This document shows positions 19,627 through 27,814 of a stretch of 64,000 bases of DNA, piece by piece. How positions within the stretch are numbered: position 1 is the stretch's first letter; each line of letters starts with the position of its first letter. The position numbers were made by a program, and so were the translations under genes. Origin of the DNA: Pseudolabrys sp. (GTDB lineage Bacteria > Pseudomonadota > Alphaproteobacteria > Rhizobiales > Xanthobacteraceae); NCBI GenBank assembly GCA_036491675.1, contig DASXBN010000106.1, forward strand, positions 38,401-102,400, in the 5' to 3' direction. Under the pieces are notes generated by a model. The model ran no database searches. It saw nothing but the letters and a program-made list of their open reading frames with translations, and was not told where the DNA came from.

Positions 19627-20454
19627 TTATTGCCGCATCGCACCAAAATCGTCGGCGCGTGACTCGTGCGGCGGGCGATCGAACCAGGAAAATAAGAACA
19701 GGCCGGCAAGAAAGCCGCCAATATGCGCTTGCCAAGCGACCACTTGGTTCGCTCCGACGCCGGGAACCGGAAGCGAGCTCAGCCCGAACAGAATATTGAT
19801 CCCGAACCACACCGCCAGGAAGGCAAGCACGCGCGGATCGCGCAGCATGCCGCTGAGCGGGACCGCCGGCACACGATAGTCGGTGGCGTCGCCATTGCGC
19901 CGGAAGCTGAGCGGACCGCCGCGCTGGAACGCAAAGCGCATCGCCGCCGCCATGGTGCCGGAAATCGCCGCCGATGCCCCGATCACCGGCACCTCCTCGC
20001 CGGCATGGGTGGCCAGAAACGCCGCCGCGCCGGCCGCCGCTGTCACCGCGAAGAATAAAAGGAAGCGCAGCGGACCGAAACGCCGCGCCACCGCGCTGCC
20101 GAACGGCAGCAGCCAGACCGCATTGACTCCGAAATGCGTCCAGTCGGCATGGATCAGCGCATAGGTCACGAACGTCCACAGCTGTGCGCCGAAGCCGCCC
20201 GGCAGCACGCCGCCGAGCACGACGGAGGTGTCGTAGCGCGCTGGAATGAATGCGAAGGTGAGCAGAACTTCCATGTCCTGTTCGCCGGTGAGCACATAGG
20301 TGCGCAGGGCGTGAATGCACGCCAAAACGGCCAGCACCGCGACGATGACGGAAGGGATGTTGAAGACAGGTTCGCGCGTCACAAGGATCCAAAGGCTTGC
20401 GTGAGAGACTTGAGTTACGCTGCTTGGCCGTCCGACCGCAAGCATGGCGGACAA
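19627..20454 (-). CDS. rhomboid family intramembrane serine protease
   Basis: Multi-TM protein with HADWTHFGVN, the GASAAISG serine motif and a downstream AHIGGF His. The start is uncertain: TTG 20454, ATG 20445 or GTG 20382. Confidence 0.85.
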   Translation of the reverse strand: MSAMLAVGRPSSVTQVSHASLWILVTREPVFNIPSVIVAVLAVLACIHALRTYVLTGEQDMEVLLTFAFIPARYDTSVVLGGVLPGGFGAQLWTFVTYALIHADWTHFGVNAVWLLPFGSAVARRFGPLRFLLFFAVTAAAGAAAFLATHAGEEVPVIGASAAISGTMAAAMRFAFQRGGPLSFRRNGDATDYRVPAVPLSGMLRDPRVLAFLAVWFGINILFGLSSLPVPGVGANQVVAWQAHIGGFLAGLFLFSWFDRPPHESRADDFGAMRQ

Positions 20455-20478
20455 AAAAAGGAGGGCTTTCGCCCTCCT
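20451..20478 (-). terminator. canonical intrinsic terminator on the minus strand, with no gene upstream of it
   Basis: The minus strand reads AGGAGGGC-GAAA-GCCCUCCU (perfect 8-bp stem, GNRA loop) followed by UUUUUUU. Confidence 0.6.
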
Positions 20479-20692
20479 GTAAGCCGTGTGTGGATTTGCA
20501 GCGACCCTAGCACCGATTGGCGCGGCGGCAATCCAATTGCGGTTTTAACGCTAATGCGCGCCGCCCTCCGGTCCCACGCCTGCGCGGCACGGCGCCTGCT
20601 CCACCGATCACGTCGCGGCGAAAAGCCGGCGCGATTGTCTCATGCGGGGACAATCAAAGCCGGCGCCGTCTCGCGACGGAACAGGTGGCGCC

Positions 20693-21301
20693 ATGAAACA
20701 TCAATCCACGCGGGCCGTGTTTGAATACTGGAACAGGAAACGGGGCATCCGGCTGGCGCCGCAGCGCGCCGATATCAATCCAAGCGAGATCCGCCATGCG
20801 CTTAGCGACACTTTCATGCTGGCGGCTGATTTCGTCGATCAATTGCGGTTCCGGCTTGCCGGCACGCGCGTCTGCGCGTTGTTCGGCCGTGAGATCAAAG
20901 GCGAGGCGTTTACCGATCTGTGGAGCGATGCCAGCCGCCAATCGATCGACGACCTGCTCGCCATCGTCAACGACGAGGCAACCGGCACGGTGGCCGGGTT
21001 CACCGCGCGTACCGAGGACGGCGCCGAGACCGATCTGGAACTTCTACTTCTGCCGCTCGCCCATGTCGGCCACACTCGCATTCGCGCGATCGGCGTCATG
21101 GTGCCGTTCGTTCCGCCCTATTGGCTTGGCGCCAAGCCGGTGGCCGAACTCACGCTCGGCACGCTCCGCCATACCGGAGCGGACGCGGATATCAGCATCG
21201 CCCCACGCTTGGTGCCGGCGGCGGCCGCCAGCCGCGTTCAGCACGGCTTCGTGGTTTATAGCGGTGGCCGCGAAACCCCGTCCGGCGAGCGGACCGGCTA
21301 A
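20693..21301 (+). CDS. PAS-like domain protein (DUF1457-type)
   Basis: ATG 20693 lies within ORF 20642-21301. MKHQSTRAVFEYWNRKRG...PQRADINPSEIRHAL matches my recollection of the small PAS-like proteins usually found next to PilZ/BTLCP genes in Rhizobiales. Confidence 0.65.
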   Translation: MKHQSTRAVFEYWNRKRGIRLAPQRADINPSEIRHALSDTFMLAADFVDQLRFRLAGTRVCALFGREIKGEAFTDLWSDASRQSIDDLLAIVNDEATGTVAGFTARTEDGAETDLELLLLPLAHVGHTRIRAIGVMVPFVPPYWLGAKPVAELTLGTLRHTGADADISIAPRLVPAAAASRVQHGFVVYSGGRETPSGERTG

Positions 21302-21330
21302 CGCCCCGTTAACGATAGACTCATAGGGTC

Positions 21331-21993
21331 ATGGGTGGGGCGATATGCCCACAAAAGCCCAGATCGAACATGGCCCTGCCGCTGCCCAAGCCAAGATCGC
21401 TACCGCTGGCTGAGGAACGCCGGCGCCATCAGCGCGTCAAGGTCAACCTGCTCGGGCGCTACATGCTGGCCGATCGGCGAGAATTTCCTTGCCAGGTCGT
21501 CAACATGTCGCCGGGCGGTATCGCAATCGTCGCGCCGGTCTCCGGCGAACCGGGCGAACGGGTGATCGCCTATGTCGATCATCTCGGCCGGCTCGAGGGC
21601 AAGATCGCGCGCCTGCTCGATACCGGCTTCGCCATGACGATCGAGGCAACCTCGCGCAAGCGCGACAAGCTCGCCGCCCAGCTCACGTGGCTCGCCAACC
21701 GGCATATCCTCAACCTGCCGGAAGACCGCCGCCACGGCCGCTTCATCCCGCGCAAGGCGATGGCGCGGCTGATCCTGCCGAACGGCAGAAATGTCACCTG
21801 TCGCGTCATCGACTTGTCGGAGTCGGGCGCCGCCATCGCCATCTCGCCGGAACTGCGGCCCGCGGTCAGCAGTATGGTTACCGTCGGTAAGACGCAGGGT
21901 CGGGTCGTCCGTCATATCGAGGACGGATTCGCCATCGAATTCACCCGCCTGCAGCACGCCGACTTCGTCGAAGAAAACGTCACCGGCGAGTAG
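21331..21993 (+). CDS. tandem PilZ domain protein (c-di-GMP receptor)
   Basis: Two complete PilZ motif sets are present: RRHQR...NMSPGG and RRHGR...DLSESG. Confidence 0.85.
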   Translation: MGGAICPQKPRSNMALPLPKPRSLPLAEERRRHQRVKVNLLGRYMLADRREFPCQVVNMSPGGIAIVAPVSGEPGERVIAYVDHLGRLEGKIARLLDTGFAMTIEATSRKRDKLAAQLTWLANRHILNLPEDRRHGRFIPRKAMARLILPNGRNVTCRVIDLSESGAAIAISPELRPAVSSMVTVGKTQGRVVRHIEDGFAIEFTRLQHADFVEENVTGE

Positions 21994-22347
21994 CGTCAGC
22001 CGCGGGTCAACGGCTTGCGTAAAATTGTACGCATTGGCGACGGCGATTCTGCGTCCGCGACGCGACTGCCCCGGTATCCCAAAGGCAAATTCCAGGAACG
22101 ACTTACGGTAAATATGGCGCGCGCCGAACGCGCGCTGGCGCGCGATTGCTGGATTTCGGCACTTAATGTATACAATTTTAGATAAATAGTACTATGTACG
22201 TTTTTAATCGAATTCTATTTCAAGTTTTACTGTATTCGCCTCTTTCTTTAGTTTCGTTATCTTCAAAATGCCTCGCTCTACTTAGCGGCGATGCAAAAAC
22301 TTTGTGCGAATTGTGGTCCCAATACGACGGGGGAAGGGACCACAACA

Positions 22348-23004
22348 ATGGGCGGGCGTCTCAAACAATTTGCGGCGGGCATTTTGGTCATGGCCGGTGC
22401 GGCGGTTCTGGCCGGCGCGGCCACCGCGGGCGACCGGCTGGCCTATGGCGGGCCGGTCACGGCGCACGAGCGGCCTGATTATATCGCAGTCGGTGAGGCA
22501 ACGCGGGCGCCGATCGGCTGGGTCGAATTCTGCATCCGCTACAAACCTGAATGCGAAACCAAGCCGTCGGCGGCGCGCGACGTCGTGCTCACGCCCAAGG
22601 CATGGACCGACATGGTCAAGGTCAACGCCTGGGTCAACGACAATATCCAGCCCGTCACCGACCTCGAGCATTGGGGCGTAGTGGAGCAATGGGACTATCC
22701 CAACGACGGCAAGGGCGACTGCGAGGACTATGTGCTGCTCAAGCGGCGCATGCTGATGCAGGCCGGCTGGCCGCGTGAGGCACTGCTGATCACCGTGGTG
22801 CGCGACAAGAAGGGCGACGGCCACGCCGTGCTCACCGTCAAGACCAATCGCGGCGAATTCATTCTCGATAACCAGGAAGCGCAGGTGCTGTCCTGGGACA
22901 AGACCGGCTACCGCTTCGTGAAGCGGCAGTCGCAATCCGATCCGAATGTCTGGGTCGCGCTCGGCGAACCGCAGGGCGCGCCGGCCACGGTCTCGGCTCG
23001 TTGA
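22348..23004 (+). CDS. transglutaminase-like cysteine peptidase (BTLCP / LapG-like)
   Basis: ATG 22348 gives a signal peptide MGGRLKQFAAGILVMAGAAVLAGAATA. The catalytic region GKGDCEDYVLLKRRML...GDGHAVLTV...ILDN carries the Cys-His-Asp order of BTLCPs. Confidence 0.88.
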   Translation: MGGRLKQFAAGILVMAGAAVLAGAATAGDRLAYGGPVTAHERPDYIAVGEATRAPIGWVEFCIRYKPECETKPSAARDVVLTPKAWTDMVKVNAWVNDNIQPVTDLEHWGVVEQWDYPNDGKGDCEDYVLLKRRMLMQAGWPREALLITVVRDKKGDGHAVLTVKTNRGEFILDNQEAQVLSWDKTGYRFVKRQSQSDPNVWVALGEPQGAPATVSAR

Positions 23005-23079
23005 ACAAGAACGTCTGAAGAGGAATTCGCGCTCCCGGTCACGTCCCCACCCCTCCCCGTCCCCAGACCGGGTTCGCGA

Positions 23080-23118
23080 GCGGCCGGCCCTCCCCCAAGG
23101 GCCGGCCGCACCTATTTT
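23080..23118 (+). terminator. intrinsic terminator after the BTLCP gene
   Basis: GCGGCCGGCCC-tcccccaa-GGGCCGGCCGC is a perfect 11-bp stem, followed by accTATTTT. Confidence 0.7.
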
Positions 23119-23239
23119 GAGCGCGGGAACCATTCGCCGTTCCATCGTCCACGCGAATGTCACGAAGGCGTCAGACTACCGGCAAGTTTTGCACGCATTG
23201 TTTTGTTCGGGGGCGACAAGCCGAGCGAAGGAATGTCCC

Positions 23240-23701
23240 ATGCAACAGCGAATTGACGTCACCCACGCGAGTCCCGCCGCCTACAAAGCCGTCGCCGCGC
23301 TGCAGAGTTACGTCGATCAATCCGGACTCGACGCGGAACTGCGCGAACAGATCAAGATCCGCGCCTCGCAGATCAACGGCTGCGCCTTCTGCCTTGCCAT
23401 GCATACGCGCGACGCCCGCAAACTTGGCGAAACCGACGAGCGCATGCACTTGCTCAACGCCTGGCGCGAAGCGCCAATCTATACACCGCGCGAGCAGGCC
23501 GCACTGGCCTGGACCGAGGCGCTGACGCTGGTGTCGGAAACTCATGTTCCCGATGAGGTCTACGAGCAGGTGCGCAAGCAGTTTTCCGAAAAGGAAATCG
23601 TCGACCTCACCGCTGCGGCGGCCGTCATCAATACCTGGAACCGGATCTCGATCGCATTCCGTACGCCGCCGCAGGTGACCGCCGCGAAAATCGCCGCCTG
23701 A
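23240..23701 (+). CDS. carboxymuconolactone decarboxylase family (AhpD-like) protein
   Basis: ATG 23240 lies within ORF 22946-23701. It carries the AhpD-type motif INGCAFCLAMH. Confidence 0.88.
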   Translation: MQQRIDVTHASPAAYKAVAALQSYVDQSGLDAELREQIKIRASQINGCAFCLAMHTRDARKLGETDERMHLLNAWREAPIYTPREQAALAWTEALTLVSETHVPDEVYEQVRKQFSEKEIVDLTAAAAVINTWNRISIAFRTPPQVTAAKIAA

Positions 23702-23703
23702 CG

Positions 23704-24234
23704 TCAACCAATCCGCTTCAGGCCCTTGGCATATTGCTTGTGACGTCGCACGTAGATGTCGGCGCCGGCGCGGATCATGTCGATCACTTTCTGGTCGACG
23801 GTGCGGATCGCACGCGCCGGCGCGCCGACGATCAATGAATTGTCGGGGAACGTCTTGCCTTCGGTGACCACCGCGCCGGCGCCGACCAGCGAGTTCCTGC
23901 CGATCTTGACGCCGTTGAGCATGATCGCGCCCATGCCGATCAGGCTGTCGTCGCCGACGGTGCAACCGTGCATAATGACATTGTGGCCGATCACGCAATT
24001 GCTGCCGATCACCATCGGAAAGCCGGGATCGGTATGCAGCGTGGCGTTGTCCTGGATCTGCGAGCGCTCGCCCAATTCGATCCATTCGTTGTCGCCGCGC
24101 AGCACCGCGCCGAACCACACACTGGTGTCGCGCTTGAGCCGCACGCGGCCGATCAACGTCGCGGTCTCCGCGACCCAATATTCCCCCGCGCCGGGAAATT
24201 CCGGCGCCTGTCCCTCAAGTTCATAGATTGGCAT
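23704..24234 (-). CDS. gamma carbonic anhydrase family (hexapeptide-repeat) protein
   Basis: 176-aa left-handed beta-helix protein (IGHNVIMHGCTVGDDSLIGMGAIMLNGVKIG) of the YrdA/PaaY type. Confidence 0.9.
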   Translation of the reverse strand: MPIYELEGQAPEFPGAGEYWVAETATLIGRVRLKRDTSVWFGAVLRGDNEWIELGERSQIQDNATLHTDPGFPMVIGSNCVIGHNVIMHGCTVGDDSLIGMGAIMLNGVKIGRNSLVGAGAVVTEGKTFPDNSLIVGAPARAIRTVDQKVIDMIRAGADIYVRRHKQYAKGLKRIG

Positions 24235-24288
24235 TCTCGTCTCCTGTTCGGAGCGACCTAAGCAACGAATTTGGAAAATTGGAAGTAC

Positions 24289-24621
24289 CTAGGCGTGCAG
24301 GAAGCCGCAGGCCTGCAATGTCTGCACCAGCACCAGGCCCAACATCAGGCTCCAAAAGCCGGCAATGAGCGTGGCCAGGAACACGAATTCGAAGCGGCGG
24401 CCTTCTTGCCGATAGCCGAGCAGCGTGTTGCGCATGATCAGGAACGGCGCCGCAAGCACCAACACGGGCACCGCCGCGAAGGTCGACGGGCTCGGGCCGG
24501 CGCTGAGCTGTCCGAAACTCGGCAGGCGGCTGGTGATGAGTTGGTAGCCCGAACTGCACAGCCCCGCCACGGCAAAGCCGAGCGCAAGCGCCAGCACATT
24601 TTGCAGCGATTCCGGGGACAT
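24289..24621 (-). CDS. small membrane protein (3 predicted TM segments)
   Basis: 110-aa ORF with hydrophobic segments and coding-like composition. No family is recognised. Confidence 0.6.
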   Translation of the reverse strand: MSPESLQNVLALALGFAVAGLCSSGYQLITSRLPSFGQLSAGPSPSTFAAVPVLVLAAPFLIMRNTLLGYRQEGRRFEFVFLATLIAGFWSLMLGLVLVQTLQACGFLHA

Positions 24622-24757
24622 TTCGGCCTCAACGCAATACAGAGGCCATGTTTCGCAAAGCCGACGCGGCCGCGCCAGTTAATCCTTAACAAATGGTAAA
24701 CGCGCCGATCCGCGGCCAACCCACGCGCCGTGGCATACTCGACTGCGATTCGAATAC

Positions 24758-24806
24758 GAGCATGATCCCGAAAAGTGGGTACCGGTTTTCGGACAAGATC
24801 ATGCTC
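24758..24806. repeat. REP-like nested palindrome (Rhizobiales intergenic repeat family)
   Basis: GAGCATGATC-CCGAAAA-gtgggtaccgg-TTTTCGG-acaa-GATCATGCTC has a 10-bp outer stem and a 7-bp inner stem. Its spurious translation MIPKSGYRFSDKIMLK is a motif I recognise from many rhizobial intergenic repeats. Confidence 0.6.
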
Positions 24807-24822
24807 AAAAAAGAGAAACGGA

Positions 24823-25545
24823 ATGGCCACGAGCGCGCATCAACCCGCCAAGGCCGGCAGGCATCGCCGCCGCCATACCGGCCGCAGCCCGATCACCGCG
24901 CCGGTCTTGCTGTTCGGCGCCGTCACGCTGATTGCCGCCGCCTACGTGGCCTACGTGCTGTGGCCGCGCTGGCCGGATGCACCGGTCACGCTCAATGCGC
25001 CGTCTCTACCGGTCATTGTGGCAGGCGTCTATTTCAACATCGAGCCGGCCGCTATCCGCATGCCGGTCCAGCGTCGCGCTGGCACGCAGGCGCGCATCGA
25101 TCTCGCCTATCTCTGGCCGTCGCTGATACCGCCCGATCCCGCGCTGCGCCCTACCCTGGGCGCACCGGTCGATCCCAATGAGCGCTTGTTCGTGACCATC
25201 GCTTCGGGCGACGGCACACTGCCGCTCATGGAACGCGTGCAGACGATCTATCCGCGCTATCTGGTGCCGGAGCCCACCGCCGGGCCGGAGGGACTCACAC
25301 TGCGCGGCTTCCGTGACGATACGCCCTATAAGGGCGAGGAGCTGGTGTTCGAACAGGCGGCGCCCGAACATTTCCTGGCGCGCTGCTCGCGCAAGGGCGT
25401 GACCAATTCCGGCACTTGCATGCTGGAGCGGCGGATCGGCAGCGCCGACGTCACGTTGCGGTTTCCGCGCGATTGGCTGGGCGACTGGAAAGGCGTGGCC
25501 GACGGCATCGACAGGCTGATGACGCGGCTACATCCAGGCACTTAG
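24823..25545 (+). CDS. membrane-anchored hypothetical protein
   Basis: ATG 24823 lies within ORF 24775-25545. It has a basic N-terminus followed by the TM segment PVLLFGAVTLIAAAYVAYVLW. No domain is recognised. Confidence 0.65.
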   Translation: MATSAHQPAKAGRHRRRHTGRSPITAPVLLFGAVTLIAAAYVAYVLWPRWPDAPVTLNAPSLPVIVAGVYFNIEPAAIRMPVQRRAGTQARIDLAYLWPSLIPPDPALRPTLGAPVDPNERLFVTIASGDGTLPLMERVQTIYPRYLVPEPTAGPEGLTLRGFRDDTPYKGEELVFEQAAPEHFLARCSRKGVTNSGTCMLERRIGSADVTLRFPRDWLGDWKGVADGIDRLMTRLHPGT

Positions 25546-25640
25546 CCGTTCGTCCCGCGCAAGCGGGGCCCCAGTGCAAACACAAACAGATGAAGAGGCG
25601 AAGGCGCGGGTTCCCGCTTACGCGCGCGCCGGAATGACTG

Positions 25641-26060
25641 TTAGATTCCCGAGTCGACCAGATCGACGTCCAAGATCGGCAATTCGAAAATATACGACTT
25701 GCGGCCTTTTTCGGTCTCGAGGAACAGCACGCCGAGAAATTCCTCGCCGATATAGACCTCCAGCGAATCTGTTTTCTTCGGCCGCGTGACAACGCGGATA
25801 TTTTCATTGTCGAACTTGCGCCGCAGATAGGCGTTGAGCGTCGGCACCGGCTGGATGCTGGGGTCGTTGCTGACCTGGATGACCATGCGGAAATTGAACG
25901 AGCGGTCGCCGTCCTCGTCGTCGAGAGTCAGTTCGCCGAGATCGTCCTCGCCGACGAAGACCTCGGCGGTGTCGCCCGCCTTCGGCACCACGCGAATAGT
26001 CGCGTTGCCGAACAGCTTCTTGAGATAGGCGTCGAGTTTTCTGACTTCCGATACGTCCAC
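25641..26060 (-). CDS. DUF3126 protein, internally duplicated (two DUF3126 modules)
   Basis: 139 aa. The two halves align: LDAYLKKLFGNATIRVVPKAGDTAEVFVGEDDLGEL with LNAYLRRKFDNENIRVVTRPKKTDSLEVYIGEEFLGVL. The gene is adjacent to cysE, as is usual for DUF3126. Confidence 0.8.
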   Translation of the reverse strand: MDVSEVRKLDAYLKKLFGNATIRVVPKAGDTAEVFVGEDDLGELTLDDEDGDRSFNFRMVIQVSNDPSIQPVPTLNAYLRRKFDNENIRVVTRPKKTDSLEVYIGEEFLGVLFLETEKGRKSYIFELPILDVDLVDSGI

Positions 26061-26118
26061 CGGGCCGCTCCTTGATAAATGCGAAGCCTAGTTGCCCGAT
26101 TGGGCGCGGCTCTGCAAG

Positions 26119-26949
26119 TCAGCCGTCGAGCATGATGCCGTAAAGCATCTGGTCCATGGCGCGCGAGGGTTCCGGGCAGCCGGCCTCGCCGACCACCTTG
26201 GCCGGCACGCCGGCGACGGTGACATTGTTCGGCACCTGCTTGATGACGACCGAGCCGGCGGCGATGCGCGCGCAATGGCCGATCTCGATGTTGCCCAGAA
26301 TTTTGGCGCCGGCGCCGATCATAACGCCATGGCGGATTTTCGGATGGCGGTCCTCGTGTTCCTTGCCAGTGCCGCCAAGCGTGACGTCATGCAGGATCGA
26401 GACATCGTCCTCGATCACCGCGGTCTCGCCCACCACCAGGCCGGTGGCGTGATCGAGGAAAATGCCGCGGCCGATGCGGGCGGCCGGGTTGATGTCGCAC
26501 TGAAACACCGCCGAGGATCGGCTTTGCAGATAAAGCGCGAAGTCCTTGCGGCCCTTGCCGAGCAGCCAATGCGCCAGCCGGTGCGTCTGGATTGCGTGGA
26601 AGCCCTTGTAATAGAGCACCGGCTCGATGAAGCGGCTGGTGGCCGGATCGCGGTCGACGGTGGCGACGATGTCGGCGCGGAACGCCTCGCCGATCGTCGG
26701 CGCGTTATCGAGGGCGTCGCTATAGGCCTGGCGGATCAGATCGCCGGAAATATCGCCATTACCGAGCCGCTCGCTGACGCGGTGGATCACCGCGGCTTCC
26801 AGCGTGTCGTGGTGCAGGACGTTTTCGTAGATGAAGGTGGCAAACTCCGGCTCGCGGCGCGCGGCGTCCTCCGCCTCGCTGCGGATGCGCGCCCAGACCG
26901 GATCGACCTTGTCGAGGCCTTTCGAAGCTTTCGTCTGAAACTGAGCCAT
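26119..26949 (-). CDS. cysE: serine O-acetyltransferase
   Basis: 276-aa ORF with the SATase N-terminal helical domain and hexapeptide repeats (GRGIFLDHATGLVVGETAVI, IGAGAKILGNIEIG). Confidence 0.93.
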   Translation of the reverse strand: MAQFQTKASKGLDKVDPVWARIRSEAEDAARREPEFATFIYENVLHHDTLEAAVIHRVSERLGNGDISGDLIRQAYSDALDNAPTIGEAFRADIVATVDRDPATSRFIEPVLYYKGFHAIQTHRLAHWLLGKGRKDFALYLQSRSSAVFQCDINPAARIGRGIFLDHATGLVVGETAVIEDDVSILHDVTLGGTGKEHEDRHPKIRHGVMIGAGAKILGNIEIGHCARIAAGSVVIKQVPNNVTVAGVPAKVVGEAGCPEPSRAMDQMLYGIMLDG

Positions 26950-27046
26950 GGATTAAGTTCTCCAGCGCCTCTCTAACCCCTAGATGTGTCTTTTATCACA
27001 TTTTTCGAGGGGCCAAGAGGGGCACCAAAGGGCTAAGACGCATGGC

Positions 27047-27805
27047 TTATGCGCGTTGGTTAAGGAAATCGAGCACGCCGGCTTTGAACACTTTGTCGCC
27101 GACCGCCAGCATGTGATCGCGGTTCGGGATGTCGAGCGCGCGCGCGCCCGAAATAAGCGCGGCCAATTTCCGAGCGCTGCCGGCAACTTCATCGTTGGTC
27201 CCGACCGCAACCAGCACCGGAGCGCGAATGGCGCCGACCTGTTCGCGGCCCAAGGTCTCGCGCGGGCGGCGCACGCAGGCGGCGAGCGCCTTCAAGTCCG
27301 ACTTGGTCTGTTCGGCGAAGCTGCGGAACGCGCGGCCGATCGGGTCGACGACATCGGCGAGCGAAGGCGCTTCCAGCGCCGCCACGATGTCGCCCGCTAT
27401 AGCGTCGCTATGGCCTTCGACCAGTCTGATGCCGAGGCCGCCGAGAATTGCCGAACGCACGCGCTCTGGATGGTTGACGCTGAGGAACGCGGTGATGCGC
27501 GCGCCCATCGAGTAACCCATGACGTCCGCGCGTTCGATTCCGAGATGGTCGAGCAGCGCAGCGACGTCCTCCGCCATCAGAACCATCTGGTAAGCGGCGG
27601 GATCGTACAGCTTGCTCGAAGCGCCATGGCCGCGATTGTCGAGCGCGATCACGCGGCGCCCTACTCCGTTAAGCGTCCGCACCCAGCCCGGATTGACCCA
27701 ATTCACTTCCTTGGTGGAGGCGAAGCCGTGCACCAGGACGATCGGTTCGCCCTCGCCTTCGTCGAGAAAAGCGGTCTCGACACCGTCATGCGTGAAATTT
27801 GCCAT
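27047..27805 (-). CDS. alpha/beta hydrolase
   Basis: 252-aa ORF with an HG oxyanion region (VLVHGF), the nucleophile elbow GYSMGA and a C-terminal His. Confidence 0.88.
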   Translation of the reverse strand: MANFTHDGVETAFLDEGEGEPIVLVHGFASTKEVNWVNPGWVRTLNGVGRRVIALDNRGHGASSKLYDPAAYQMVLMAEDVAALLDHLGIERADVMGYSMGARITAFLSVNHPERVRSAILGGLGIRLVEGHSDAIAGDIVAALEAPSLADVVDPIGRAFRSFAEQTKSDLKALAACVRRPRETLGREQVGAIRAPVLVAVGTNDEVAGSARKLAALISGARALDIPNRDHMLAVGDKVFKAGVLDFLNQRA

Positions 27806-27814
27806 GCGCGCTTT

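Noticed and set aside
19618-19633. 16-bp perfect AT-rich palindrome GCAATAAATTTATTGC overlapping the rhomboid stop codon
   Set aside because: It is a single short palindrome. It could be a weak terminator stem or chance. There is no U-tract and no second copy, so there is not enough to call a site.
22194-22478. 94-aa ORF starting in the AT-rich block
   Set aside because: It begins in 25 percent GC non-coding DNA with Leu/Phe/Ser-rich composition, then runs out of frame into the BTLCP gene. There is no RBS.
24264-24289. GGTAC-N17-CGTT upstream of the gamma-carbonic-anhydrase gene
   Set aside because: It has a mismatch in the critical GGAAC -35 element. A similar near-miss, GGAAC-N17-AGTT, occurs at 35805-35830. 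Both are kept below reporting threshold.
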